Source: Octopus vulgaris (taxonomy: Eukaryota). From it: a stretch of 64,000 nucleotides of DNA. Positions 1 to 12,840 of the stretch are shown piece by piece. The position numbers were made by a program, and so were the translations under genes. The stretch is taken from assembly GCA_951406725.2 (NCBI GenBank), contig OX597824.1, positions 35,092,001 to 35,156,000 on the forward strand. The letters are read 5' to 3'. The notes below the pieces were generated by a model. It saw only the letters and a list, made by a program, of their open reading frames with translations. It searched no databases and was not told the DNA's origin. Position 1 is the stretch's first letter. Every line of letters starts with the position of its first letter.

Positions 1-283
1 ATACTACTTGTTATTCAGTGATGTAGTACAAAGCTATTAATTTATTGCTGAGAGATACAAACTTCTGTTAGCTCCAACTTGAAACATCCTCTGTAGCCAA
101 ATTCACCTTTAAACACTTAGTCTGCAATCCCAACATTGACTTTATAAAATGGAAGTTGTTTGAACATATACGTATCATGTACTAAATTCCATAACAGAAA
201 TATCTTTATAAGAATGAAAAGGAGAAATCAGGACTCAATATGAAGTAAAGAAATAGTTGTTTCAATGCATGTTAACTTCTTAC

Positions 284-346
284 CATTTGTTTTTATCTTT
301 TAGCTGTGGTGGCTTAAAACCACTCTTTGACATCAGAAATAAAGCT
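284..346 (-). CDS. MAP4K3/5: MAP4K3/5-like kinase exon (ALFLMSKSGFKPPQLKDKNKW), 63 bp
   Basis: AG acceptor at 348-347, GT donor at 283-282; continues in phase from the HPMR exon; resembles GCK-I ALFLMTKSNFQPPKLKDK. Confidence 0.93.
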
Positions 347-719
347 CTGAAAATAAACAGATAAAAATACATTCATAACGATATTTTTAAATATTTTCCT
401 CAAATACAAAATTCCTAGCCCCGATAGATAAACATTTCCCTGATAGTCATAGAGATACAATAATTGACAAAAGATGTTCCATGATAGTACCCTACAGCTG
501 TGGTCTGAATATCATCAGCCAAGTACCCCTACCTGTGTCTATGGGTCATCTTGCCAAGACTCCAGTTCCCTCTGTGTTGTGCTACATATATATGATAAGC
601 TAAGCTCCTCTTTTCAGTTCCTTCTTTGATGTCATCAGTCTGTAGATGTTTCTGATGGCCTCTTGCTCTCTTACCCAACACATTTTATGTTATGATGATC
701 TTGGAGGTAATGACATGTG

Positions 720-880
720 GGGCATTCAATGTCCTACATATGATAGCTTTGTGGACTTAATTCTTGACAGCAGGTGTCTTTGGACTTTCAGCTTTTCTAG
801 TACTGCACTGTTTGTTGCACAGTCTTTCCAGCTTATTCTGCCCCATCTGCGTAAAATTCACATTTCAAAGGCTTCTGTCT
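720..880 (-). mobile_element. Decayed RTE-clade LINE ORF2 C-terminal fragment
   Basis: Minus strand reads EAFEM*ILRRWGRISWKDCATNSAVLEKLKVQRHLLSRIKSTKLSYVGH, matching the RTE EAFEMW..RR.LRISW motif. Confidence 0.65.
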
Positions 881-974
881 TCTTTTCCACTGCTGTGAAC
901 ATTGTTCAAATTTCTGACCTGAACAATCAACCTAATATGAAACATTATTTCATGTAACCCAATGAAGATATCCA

Positions 975-1410
975 CTCCAGGCTGCAACTTCAAGAACCCA
1001 GATACATATCCATTGGACCAGGCATGCAAGGTTAACTTAGTTGTTTATGAAGCCAAGGTCACTTCTGTGCTGTTAAATAAAGGAAGTGAAAGAAAAGGAA
1101 AAAAATCAGACTGTGCAAAAGGGACTTCAAAGAGAGATACACTAATTACCAGTCATCTTTCAAATGTAAAGAAAAGAAAAAACACAGAGCTAGCAAGTCA
1201 TATCGGAAACCTGAATACAGTATATCACACAGTATTACATGGAATATCTCAGTGAGAACTAGGCTACACATTAACAGGTCTTAAAACTGCAGGTTCTGTA
1301 TAGCTGAGAAACATACATCCTTATTAAATTGAAGAACAGCACCAACCCTCTAAACTTGATATCTGAAATCTTTACAACATGTATGCATCTTGACAAGTTT
1401 CTGTTACTAA
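975..1410 (+). mobile_element. Penelope-like element GIY-YIG endonuclease remnant
   Basis: PLDQACKVNLVVYEAKV...NTELASHI...CRFCIAEK...LNLISEIFTTCMHLDKFLL across frameshifts; resembles Penelope C-termini. Confidence 0.65.
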
Positions 1411-1782
1411 ATAGGAAGATGCCGTTCACCACCAGATTAGACATATAGCTTAACACAGTATAGCCTTTCCCTCATTCAACAATTCCCACCAGGCATAAAC
1501 AGTCAACAATATTCCTTTTGATACTAAACCGGCCCCATAGCTGGCCGAAAAATTTTTTGGTTCAAAAGACCAACCTGGCTGAGAGTATCCGTTGTAATTT
1601 AAATGTATATTTGAACACAAAATCTTGTTAGTACATTCGTGAAAACACGTGATTTCACTTTGCTAACAGTTGAGTCATAGTAAGATTGGTAATGGAATCT
1701 TAACATTCAACTCAAAATTTCAGGTACATGAAATTACATGCAGTCAAATGAAATCCGACATTGTTTGACATGATATTTGAAC

Positions 1783-2903
1783 TCTGGTGTTGCAGCTACC
1801 CTCCTCAATGAGTGAAGGACTGCTCATTCCATGTCCAAGCTCTAAACCTTGCAATAAAAGAATCTCAAATGTGCAACATTTCCAAAAACTCTGCACAACA
1901 AACTTGTCTCATTGTCTGGAATGAGTGTACTGTCACATCGTGGAGCTCCAGAGATACTTGACTGTACCCTCCAAGATATAAAAAAAACAATAGTATGCTC
2001 ATGAGAGGAGTAACAGTTCTTCTTCCATGAGATTTTCGTCAAACAATGCCAGTTATCCCCAAAGAATCAAAAACTGATGAAGTCAATGCATGCTCCAAAA
2101 AATCATACCTTTGGAGACATGAAAAAACTTCATCTTACAAACATCAGAGTGCTTCTACAAGGTGATCATACAAACTTCTTAAGATTGGTAATGGAATATT
2201 AACATTCAACTCAAAACTTCAGCTACATGAAATTACATGCAGTCAAATGATATTTTCTCTTCGGGATTTTATGGATAAAGTATTTCCTAATTTATCTGTC
2301 AATTACACTGATGTCAATTGGTTATGTGAACAGCTATACTAGATCCAACTAATGAAATGGTAGATAAACTCAATAATGAACTTCTTCAAAAGTTAACAGA
2401 CACATCAGAAATGACTTTTCGATCAATTGACAAAAGTCGATCAAGATCAGGTTGAATTTCTGAACAAACTTAAACCCACTGGGATGCCACTGCATAACTT
2501 GGCACTAAAACTGGGTGCTCCCGTTATATTGCTTAGGAATCTTGACCCATCTCACCTGTGTAATGGAACTCGCTTAACTGTTACTTCCACGAAGCCCCAT
2601 GTCTTACAGGCAACAATCACAACAGGTAGTCACAATGGAGAAAATGTCTTTATTCAAAAACTTTTTACACCTGCAGATGCTCCATTTGAATTTAAGATGC
2701 TTCAGTTTCCAGTCAAAGTAAGTTTTGATATTTCAATTAACAAATCTCAAGATCAATCCCTCAAGGTGGTTGCACTTGATCTCTCTGCTACATGCTTCTC
2801 CCATGGCCAACTCCATGTTGCTTGCTTGCGAGTTGGAAGCAGCAACAATTTATTTATTTTGAAACCAACAAAAAAATTACACAATGTATATTATTTAACA
2901 TGA
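1783..2903 (+). mobile_element. Helitron RepHel PIF1-like helicase fragment, frameshifted
   Basis: SGVAATLL..RTAHS, DFRQTMPVIP, GMPLHNLALKLGAPVILLRNLDPSHLCNGTRL, QFPVKVSF..SINKSQ, CFSHGQLHVAC. Confidence 0.9.
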
Positions 2904-3658
2904 GGTGCTTCAACATTGGCAGATTTTCAGTTTGAAATTTTATTATCATTACAATTTATTCTTTTATTCTTTTACTTACTTCAGCCATTTGACTGCAGTC
3001 ATGCTGGAGCACCACCTTTAGTTGAGCAAATTGCCCCCAGGACTTATTCTTTGTAAGCCTAGTACTTATTCTATAGGCCTCTTTTGCTGAATTGCTAAGT
3101 TACAGGGGACATAAACACACCAGCATCGGTTGTCAAACGATGTTGAAGGGACAAACACAGACACACAAACATACATATATATATACACACACACATATAA
3201 AAGAGAAAGAGGGACGAAGAAACAAGAGAGAGGGAAAAAACAGAATAGAGAATAAAGAGAGAGAAAAAGAAGAGAAAAACCAAAATAAAGAACCTATTTT
3301 AAGAAAGAGAGAGAAAAGGCTGAACTGGACAACCTTAAATGGAGTGAACAAGAAATATTTAAATTATTCAAGTGGTAATGTATAATCATACAAATAAACA
3401 AGAGATAGAGAAGGAAGAAAAGAGACCCCCCCCCCGCATAGAAACAAGGAGTGGCCAGTCTGTAAAGACACTGACTGAAACCAATAGAAATTGGAAATGA
3501 ATAAAAACACAAATATACTTAATAGAGGAATATGACTAGGCCATGCATGACCTTGGCATAATTGTTTAAAAACATATTGTTAGGTACAAAAGTGTAGATT
3601 TGTACAGACATACACTCACATGTCAGCACATACATACACAGACCCCTGCCACAATATA

Positions 3659-4206
3659 CACTGAACTGCAAAATCAATGCGAGATGTGTGTAACTGTGAA
3701 ATATGTTTTAATTTCATTATGTCAGAGATAAATTTTGTTAAATCTGATAAATTCAATTTCATGTGTTCTGGTAGTGTATGCCCTCCCTGAGTGTTCAAAA
3801 CAGCCATGCACCATCAATATATGGAGTGCATGAGGTGGTTCACAAAAGCCAATGACACTTGTGCCCATATCATGAGGAAAGCTGCCCCCAGTTCCACACA
3901 AGTTGTCGGCCTTGGGACCACCTGGTTCAGCTCTCTCTGGATTTAATCCCTCAGGTGTTCAATTGAGTTCAAATCCAGGCTGAGAGCTGGCCATGGCATC
4001 GTTCTGATGATGTGCTGAAGCAGGAAGTCCATGGTGATTCTGGCCATGTGGGAGGGAGCATTGTCCTGCTGGAACACGTGACTATGGTGATGCACAAAGA
4101 AAAGCACAATGTGAGGTCTTAGGATCTGGTCAAAATAGCACTGCGCTGTGATGCCATTCTCTCTGCCTGCACCAAGATTTTGGAACACAAAGGGCTCAAT
4201 TTTCAA
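3659..4206 (-). mobile_element. Tc1-like transposon, 3' part
   Basis: FQQDNAPSH and WPALSLDLNSIEHL motifs; TA followed by CACTGAAC-type terminus at 3657-3670. Confidence 0.8.
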
Positions 4207-4237
4207 GGTGTTTGAGAACTATAGGGTCTCAATATAT

Positions 4238-4810
4238 GTTGATGTAAGCACTCTCTTTCAGGTATCCCCACAAGAAAAATCCAGGCTAGTCAAGTCTGGG
4301 GAACGTGAAGGCCATTTAAAGTAGACCTCACACATGGTTCCAGCAAGATAGGGCAACTGCTCATACCACAAGAGAAACAATTCAGTTGCTATGGCTGTGC
4401 TTTGGAGAGAGAATAATTTCTCATTCCAGCAATGTCAACTGGCCTCCACGTCCCCCATACTTGACTAGCCCGGATGTTTTCTTGTGGGGATACCTGAAGA
4501 AGGGGGTTTACGTCAACAAACCGGAGACCCTGGTGCAACTGAAGGAGAACATCAATAGAGAAATCAGAGAAGTAAGGCCTGAAACTCTTGAGGGTGTTAT
4601 GGTGCAAGTTTTGGAAAGAGCACGGACATGCAAAGCCAAAAACGGCTGCCATTTAAGCAATGTCATTTTTCATATGTGATGTAGTGGTGTTGCAAAATTT
4701 GACTTGTGCATATTAATTTCCATTATGTCCTTTTTACTGTATCAAAATTTCATGCATTTATTTGTCAAGTTAAGGGAGTTATTAAAAATTGAAACCTGTA
4801 TACAGACACC
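4238..4810 (+). mobile_element. Tc1/mariner-superfamily transposase C-terminal fragment with an upstream inverted partial copy
   Basis: FGERIIS...WPPRPPYLTSPDVFLWGYLK at 4386-4679; inverted copy (WPSRSPDLTSLD) at 4238-4314. Confidence 0.8.
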
Positions 4811-5669
4811 ACATATACAAAAACATACATATTAAACCATTGTTATTTGCTGAAAATATTCAATCATTTTGGGTTTTTTTTTAAAAATATTTTTACTAGT
4901 TGAATCTGGAGGAAAAGGCATGGCCTGTGAGTTTCTCCCTGAGGCTAGTGAGCCTGATGTCATTAATGTTCTGCTTAAACAACTGTAGGTCAACACAAGC
5001 AGAAAAGATATGAACTGGAAGAAGATTTTAGAGAATGGATGTACGGGGGAGAAAAAGCTGTGCATAAGGATTAGTGCAGTGCCAAGAGGATTGGATGCAG
5101 CAAGAATGACAAGAGGTGGAAAAACAAACAAAGTAGTATGGAGAGGATATGAGCCCAGCTAATTCTGAAGAACAGGGAAAATAAAAGGGACAGTACACCT
5201 GTGGGTCAGGGACTGGAATGTATTCATAAGTGATTAAATAGCTATTAGTCAAGTGGTCTTTTTCTGAATATAGTCCAGAATGCTTATATGTGTCTGTGTA
5301 GTAGCAGTACCCCATTGTGGACCTTGTAGAGTATCAGCAACTATTGAAGACAAATATAGCTTTGGGCCCTGAAAACAAAGGCCAGTCCTAGGTATGCTAA
5401 ATATCTGCTTTTACAAGGTGAGACATTTGGTGATAGTGAAGTCCCATGTTTCAAGCAACTGTGAGGGTTTTAACTGAAGGTCTTCTATGTTGGGTAGAGA
5501 TGCGGTGCAGTGTTGTTTTCTTAATATTCGCGGTGTTTGAGAACTATAGGGTCTCAATATATCGAATAATATGAACCAAAGTGAAATAGAAGACTGTAAG
5601 AGAACTGTCAAATAAGGCAATTATGGCTTTAAATCAAAACATATTTAATAAAAATCTTAAGTAACTCAC

Positions 5670-5801
5670 CTCATAGGGTGTAGATCAAACATAGGTGGTT
5701 GAAGCTCAGCTAATTCTATGGCTGTGATACCAACGGCCCATATATCACACTGTTGATTATACCCCCCTTTCCTTTCAACTGCAGCCACTTCTGGTGCCAT
5801 C
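5670..5801 (-). CDS. MAP4K3/5: MAP4K3/5-like kinase exon ([44 protein letters not shown]), 132 bp
   Basis: Kinase subdomains VIII-IX with the GCK-I signature AAVERKGGY; AG at 5803-5802, GTGAG donor at 5669. Confidence 0.97.
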
Positions 5802-6869
5802 CTGTAAACAGTCAAATAAAAAAAGCAAGATTTACAATGGTATACTGATTTAAGATGGTAGTTAAAGTAAAGTTTCATCCCGACAATCCAACAATTACAG
5901 TGCGATATATACTATTCTATGTTGTTTGTGACTTGTGGAGAGATTCATGCAGACATAATCCATAATGAATCTAATAGTTTGTTTGTATACTAATGTTGTT
6001 GTTGCTTTGTTAAGCCAAGTAGGGTATCCGTGAATGTTATTTGTGTACCATAACACCTTTGCATGTTAATGAATATGAAGTATGTTGAAGTTGTTGAGAA
6101 CATGATGGCTATATTTTGTTATGCTAAAGAGAAGGGATTAAAGAAATTGCTTCTTTTAGTTTCCTTGTTTTTGAGCCAAAGTGTTCCTTACAGCGTTGCA
6201 CTAGATGTGCAGCTAAGTGTAGCTGATCGTGTTTATTGCATTCTATAGTATTTTACTGCTTGCTTTAGTTACTTTTATCATTAACTTGTTTCAGTCATTA
6301 GACTGCGGCTATGCTGGAGCACCATCTTGAGAAATTTTTAGTTGAATGAATAAACCCCAGTACTTATTTTTTTAAAGCCTGCTAAGTTACATGGACATAA
6401 ACACACCAGCATCAGTTGTCAAGCAGTGGTGGGGGACAAACGTGTGTGCACACACATGCACGCACACGTATGATGAACCCCTTTCAGTTTTCATGTACCA
6501 AATTCACTTACAAGGCTTTGGTCAGCTTTATTGATGTCTATTGTAGAAGACACTTGCCCAAGGTGCCACACAGTGGGACTGAATCTGAAACCATGTGGTT
6601 GGAAAGCAAGTTTCTTACCATACAGCCATGCCTTTTATTAGCTTTTTGCTACTAAATTGTATTTTTGTGTGATAATGACAATGTTTTTTTTTTTTATGGT
6701 TTTCACTAATTTTTATTAGGTTAGCAACTGCAACTATGTAGTTAAGGTTATATTTTTTATGTTGCATGTGATGTGGAATAAATTTCTATGATTTTGAAAT
6801 TGATGTTGGAACCAGTGTTGATTAAATTGTTTTTCTATGTGTCTGTTCTTGTTTACTGAATGATATTAA

Positions 6870-7070
6870 CCCTTTAGCATTTAAATCTTCCATATCCAGC
6901 CCCAAAATTCTACCTGTTTTATGTTCAAACTGGCCAGACCCAATTGCTTGCATCTACCCTACAATGTCATTCTAAAAATAACTATCACTTCATTCAAAGA
7001 TAATGATTAATTCAAAACAATGTGAATAAATAAGCAGTACGTTTGAAAGAGTAATCTAAATGCTAAAGAG
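6870..7070 (+). mobile_element. piggyBac-type MITE (~200-230 bp); further copies at 7755-8064 (compound), ~17820-17990 (reverse), 29034-29415, 46342-46567
   Basis: TTAA/CCCTTTAGCATT start, decayed ATGCTAAAGGG/TTAA-like end, shared internal TTTTATGTTCAAACTGGCCAG and CTACAATGTCATTCTAAA. Confidence 0.8.
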
Positions 7071-7155
7071 TTTATAAATGCTCTTCTGCATAAATTTACA
7101 ACATCAGAGAGAATTAAAGACAATAAACAAAAACAATAATAATAATAATAATTAC

Positions 7156-7228
7156 CAATATGGAGTGCCAATGAAAGACTTTCGTTTACACATAGTAACT
7201 GTTATTTGAGCAGAAACACCAAAATCAG
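7156..7228 (-). CDS. MAP4K3/5: MAP4K3/5-like kinase exon ([25 protein letters not shown]), 73 bp
   Basis: DFG motif and Ste20 GTPYW motif; AG at 7230-7229, GT at 7155-7154. Confidence 0.96.
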
Positions 7229-8519
7229 CTGAAAACAACAAAAAGAAAATCATTTCAATAATCACTTATTTAAAAATATATCAGAAATAAGGTCCCCCCC
7301 ACCATCCATATTTGTATAACAGTAGATCTATGGATTAATTTTTTTTAAATGTTAGATCCAGGTGAGAATATTTAGCTGTAGTTCAGTTCAATTTACATAA
7401 TGCTAAGAGGAATACAACAAAGCCCCCCCCCCCCCTCTCCAGCAAGAACTCCTATCTTTTTCTAGTGACAGCTTTGAAAGGATTTGTGCTTTACATCAAC
7501 TTTGGTAAGAAATTTATTCTATTGATTTGAGCTGAATTGAAACTCAAAATATAAAATCAATGGCTCTAAAATTACGATTGGCACCTTATAGATACACTCA
7601 TTTCATTAATTTTAATATCTTTATATTATGAATTCAAGGTTGTCTCAATCATGTGTTGTGGGATAAATTTCTATAATTTTGATATTGATGCTGGAAACAT
7701 TATTGATTAAATTGTTTTTCCATGTGTCTGTTTTTGTTCATTGAATGATATTAACCCTTTAGCATTTAAACCTGCAATATCTGGCCCAAATATTCTACCT
7801 GCTTTATGTTCAAATTGGTTTAAATCAGTAGTGCTCAATAATTACTCCTTAGCATTTAAACTGGCCATATGAGGCCCAAAAATTCTACCTCATTTATGTT
7901 CAAACTAGCCAGGTCTGGCCTCTCATACCTATACTACAATGTCATTCTAAAAATAAACAATCACATCATAAAAATCCCAAAACTACGGAATAATGCATGA
8001 TTAATTCAAAATAATGTGACAAAATAAGTATTATAGCTGATAGAGTAATGTGACTGTTAGAGTGTTAAACCAGCGGTGCTCAATAATTAAAGATGACAAC
8101 TAGGATTAGAGAAGAAGCAGAATTCTATAATTTTGTTCTGGTAAGAAAACTTTACCAAGAAAACTCTAAGAAAATTGAAATGTCATTCCAAAATTTCTCA
8201 TCCAGGACCAATGTAGTTGGGTAAACTCTCTGTACCACTACTCTTTTGGAATGGCCAGTCAATATTAACTAAATGTCAAATTATCAAAGCAAGAAGTCTC
8301 TGAAGAGTTAGCTTCAGTAAACCCTATCAGTTTCTTAACTCTCTATTTGTTTCAAGATACCAAAAGTGCTTTAGATGTACAATCACTCACAAATGAATAG
8401 ATCATTCTAGAGCATTCCCAAGTCAAAAAAAGGGGCACCAAGACATAAATATGGAATAATAATGGTAAATGACATTGAAGAAATCTAAACCCAGTGAATA
8501 AAATTTCCTTTATGCTTAC

Positions 8520-8562
8520 CTAATTTGATATCTCCATCTTCTGTAAGCAAGATATTAGCACC
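8520..8562 (-). CDS. MAP4K3/5: MAP4K3/5-like kinase exon (GANILLTEDGDIKL), 43 bp
   Basis: Completes the catalytic loop HRDIK/GAN; AG at 8564-8563, GTAAG donor at 8519. Confidence 0.95.
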
Positions 8563-8799
8563 CTACAAAAGCAAAAGATTTTCAAAGTTCATTCTCATTA
8601 TCAAAATGACAATATATTTTAATCAATGTCAACCTGTGGAATGAAAGTGAAACACAACGGAATATGAAATTTGAATTCAGACTAGAGATACATAAAACTG
8701 AATGCATTAAGGTATTTGGTCTGTTGCCTACCACATGAGCTAAGTTGTTACCACTTTCCTCCTCCTCCTACTATTACTACTACTACTAATAATAATAAT

Positions 8800-9150
8800 A
8801 GTAGGACTGGATGCTGTGGCTTGTGTGCAAACATGAAAGCAGCAGAAAATCACATTCTATTGACAAGGAAGCTTGCAAATTCACAAGGAAATTTGGCATT
8901 AACCCTGAATTAGATGAAGAACCTGAAACCACTACCACCAAACAAACAAAACAGATCAAGCAGAAAGCAAAAAAAAACAAAGAACTGGTAGAAACAAATT
9001 GTGGAATGGTGAAACCAAAAGACTCTGCAAGGACAGTATATACTTCAAAGTCAAAATGCTGATGTAGACCAAGCAACAAGCCATCAGTGACTGAGAAGTT
9101 CAGGACTGAGAGCAGAGACTGAAGTTTTCATATTGGTGGCAGAGTCCTTA
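8800..9150 (+). mobile_element. R4/Dong-like non-LTR retrotransposon fragment
   Basis: LVCKHESSRKSHSIDKEACKF...QKTLQGQY...ADVDQATSHQ*LRSSGLRAETEVFILVAE, resembling the LHG.Y...WL...LK.ETEG...AAQDQ region. Confidence 0.7.
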
Positions 9151-9169
9151 AGCATACTTTCCATTGAGC

Positions 9170-9400
9170 CCTGTCAGAAGCAACCATCTCCAATACACCC
9201 AGCTGGGTCCCCAAGCGAAACCAACCAAGTTCATGGATGTTATCTGACCATCTTGCTTGTAGTCTGCCCCTGGGTCTCCTGCCGGTTGGTTTTGTCCATA
9301 AAACCTGTCTAGTGATTCTTTTCTTACCACATGTCTATAGTATTGAAGCTGTAATCTCTGAATTCAGAAAAGCAGCAGCTCTACCCAAAGTGCCTTTTCT
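9170..9400 (-). mobile_element. RTE-clade (Rex3/Expander-like) LINE 3' fragment
   Basis: Minus strand KPTGRRPRGRLQARWSDNIHELGWFRLG. Confidence 0.65.
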
Positions 9401-9694
9401 GAAGCATTTTTTTCTAGCTTGACAAAGCGGAGACAGTGTTTTATATCATCAAAAGACACATTTTAGCATGATAAATTTCTCCCAGAGAATTTTTAACAAT
9501 CACTTGTTTTACATATAGATTATTTATATTGAAGTAATCATTTTACAGCTAGTAAGCCTTCTCAAAAGTATGAACCTCCCTGTTAAGACAACTCATATGT
9601 AAAGTACATTTTTTGCAATAAAACTGAGTGAGGACACATATTTCTTGCAAAGGCATAAATGAAAAACTGCAATAAAAAGATTACAACAGCATCA

Positions 9695-9865
<171 letters not shown>

Positions 9866-12840
9866 TTAAAAATGTAAATTCCAAGGATGTAACAAGAACT
9901 AAATAATTGATATGAGCAATCAAAGTAATAAATGGTTCATGACAAAATTTTTTTTCAAAAATAACAGTTCAACACCCACATCTATTTTGCTAAAAGCAAA
10001 ACAATTATATGAAAAACAAACTTTAGATCAGTTCAAACAGATTTTGAGACACATTTTAACTTCAATTGATACACAGCCACTTCACTCAGTCCCAGTTCAC
10101 TCCCTCTCTCAACTTAGAGGTCTTTATCTTGCAAGTTACTTGGCAACCCAGCTAGTGCTGGTACCACATAAAAAGCATCTGTTCTGGTGCCATGTAAAAA
10201 GCACCCAAGTTGGTACCATGTATAACACACATGTGCTGGTGCCACATAAAAAGCCCCCAGTGCAGTCTGTAAAGTAGTTGACATTAGGAAGGTATCCAAT
10301 CATAGAAACCATGCCAAAACAGACAACTGAAGACTTGTGTGGCTCTCCAGCTTGCCAGCTGTCAAACCATCCGACTCATGCCAGCTTGGAAATTGACTGT
10401 TATATGATGATGATGAACTTACACTTAACAAATAGAATGACTACCTGTAGTTGACCAACAACTGATAAGTTACATTTTTCCATTCAAAATAATCAGAAAT
10501 TAAACAACATTTTCAGTTTCCTAATCTAACACACAGATTAATTACAGAAGCTCGATTTCACTCCTTTCATAAAAAGAAAAAACAAATGTATAAAAAAAAA
10601 ACCTAACAATGTTGTGAAATTAATCCTAGTTAAAAAAAAACAAAACAACAAAGAATGCAATGATAAAGCAAAAAGTATTTTCTTTCTAACTAATTCAAGA
10701 GTTCAAATTGTCTGTCCATGAGAATTTTTGTCTGACATCATAAAATAATTGACTAGTCCCCTCCCCCAGAATTTCAGGCCTTGTACCTTTAGTAGAAACC
10801 ACTACCATTGCCACCGCCACTACCACCACCATCATCATCATCAAGGTGGTGAACTGGTAGAATTGTTAGCAAAATGGACAAAATACTGTGAAACATTTTG
10901 TCTGTCTACATTCTGAGTTCAAAATCCACTGAGGCTAATTTTGACTTTCGTCCTTTCAGGGGAAAGCTGGCAGAATCATTAGCACACTGGGCAAAATGCT
11001 CAGCAGTATTTTGTCTGTCTTTATGTTCTGAGTTCAAATTCTGCCGAGGTCAGCTTTCCCTTTCATCTTTTCAGGGTTGATAAATTAAGTACCAGAGGAA
11101 CGCTGGGATCAATGTAATCGACTAGCCCCCTACTTCAAAGTTTCAGGCTTTCTGCCTATAGTAGAAAGAACTACTACCACTACTACTACACACGGAGACA
11201 CATTCAGGTTAGTGTCTTTAACTTAGTTGTTATAGTCAGATTTTAGCTGTAGTACTTTCCAGCCTCCTTCAATAAAATTCTCAGAATTTCAAACCAGCCC
11301 ATTACTAAATCCCTTGCAACAGATAATCCTCGTTCTGCCAACCATACCAGGGATATTCTTCACATTAGTTATTCTTCTAATGTGATGCCACTCGCTGATT
11401 CCGCTCTGGACTATTTTATGTATAGATTCACTGACCCCTGGAAGTGTGTCTGCATGATTATAAAACATTTGTCAAATGTTCATGTTATAACAGAATTCAT
11501 TCCTTGTATCTGGATAATTTCTACTTTCTTTAAAAAAGAAAAAAATCCGAATGCCTATAATTTTGCTAAGTTTCTTTTTTATTAGTTTCCTATCTTTACC
11601 AATGATATTTTTTAATGAATTGTATAAAAAAAAAGTAAAAAAAAAAAAAACGAAAACCAAATAGTATTGCAACCACAACTTATATAAAAAAATACAAAAG
11701 CAATGTAAATTATATCTTCTATACTACTAAAAGTGACTGACATTGATATTAGTAATAGTATCTTGTTCTTTGTAATGGATATGTCAAGAGTAATGATATT
11801 GTCTATGATGGTATTTGATAATAAAGAGATTCTATAAAACAACTCTTGATACTGAATAACATTAGAACAACAAAAAATGTTGGGGAAAAAGAAAAAAAAG
11901 AAAAAGCTATTTTGTGAAGAAAAATTCGACAAAATAGTTTCCCCAAATTGTTAGGTTTTTAAAGCAAATTTATTTACAGTGCTCCATGAGATGATAATTA
12001 AAATATTTCTCTCTGAACACGGGCTTTGCTTGAAATGTCAACATTCCTATCTACTCACAGCACACAAAATTGTCTACATTTGTAAACTTTACTAAATGTT
12101 TATTAATACGACATATCTGCTGAACGCTTGCATCTAATTTGGACACACAATAAAAATACAATGATGCTTTAAACACAATAGATACACCTTAAACTTTAAA
12201 TATGTTTTAACAAGAGATTTAAATAAAAAGACCTCATTTTTATCAAATAAAAAAAACTGAGAGAAGGTGTTTCTGAGGGGAAAGCGGGGAACATGAGGTA
12301 ATTCAAGATTTTGTGAGTGGGATTTTTCTCTGAACACACCTGCCCTACCAGATTGTTTCTTGTCAAAATTTTGATCATTGTTTTTTACCTTTTTATTCCA
12401 TGCCACTTATTATTATTATTTTTGTTTTGTCCTTGCAATGTCTGCAATGTTTTGGTCCCTTGTAGTCAATAAAAGATATCATCATTATTACTGCTGCTGC
12501 TACTTCTATAGTAATATAATACAGACAGAAAAATCACCATCATCATAACAGTCATTTCAAGATTGCTTTTCTGTGCTTGCATAGGTCAGATGGCATTTAT
12601 TGAGGCAAATTTTCTACAGCTGGATGCCATTCTCGTTCCCAACCTCACATTTTCCAGGCAAGATAATATTACCCCATGGCCAGACATGTTTTACAGAATA
12701 TATTGGAATATGAATGACACTGCTTGTATGACAGTGATACTGATTTACAACTAATATACAATGTCAAAACAAGGATGGACACACACGTACACCTTTAGCT
12801 TTTTGTCTACCATATACTCACACAGCTTTGGTTCACTTAA

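Noticed and set aside
2427-2903. Host PIF1 helicase gene
   Set aside because: Intronless, upstream part has stops and frameshifts, antisense within an intron; fits a Helitron relic
5666-5878. 70-aa ORF as a stand-alone gene
   Set aside because: Only 5670-5801 is kinase exon; the rest is read-through into intron beyond the AG acceptor
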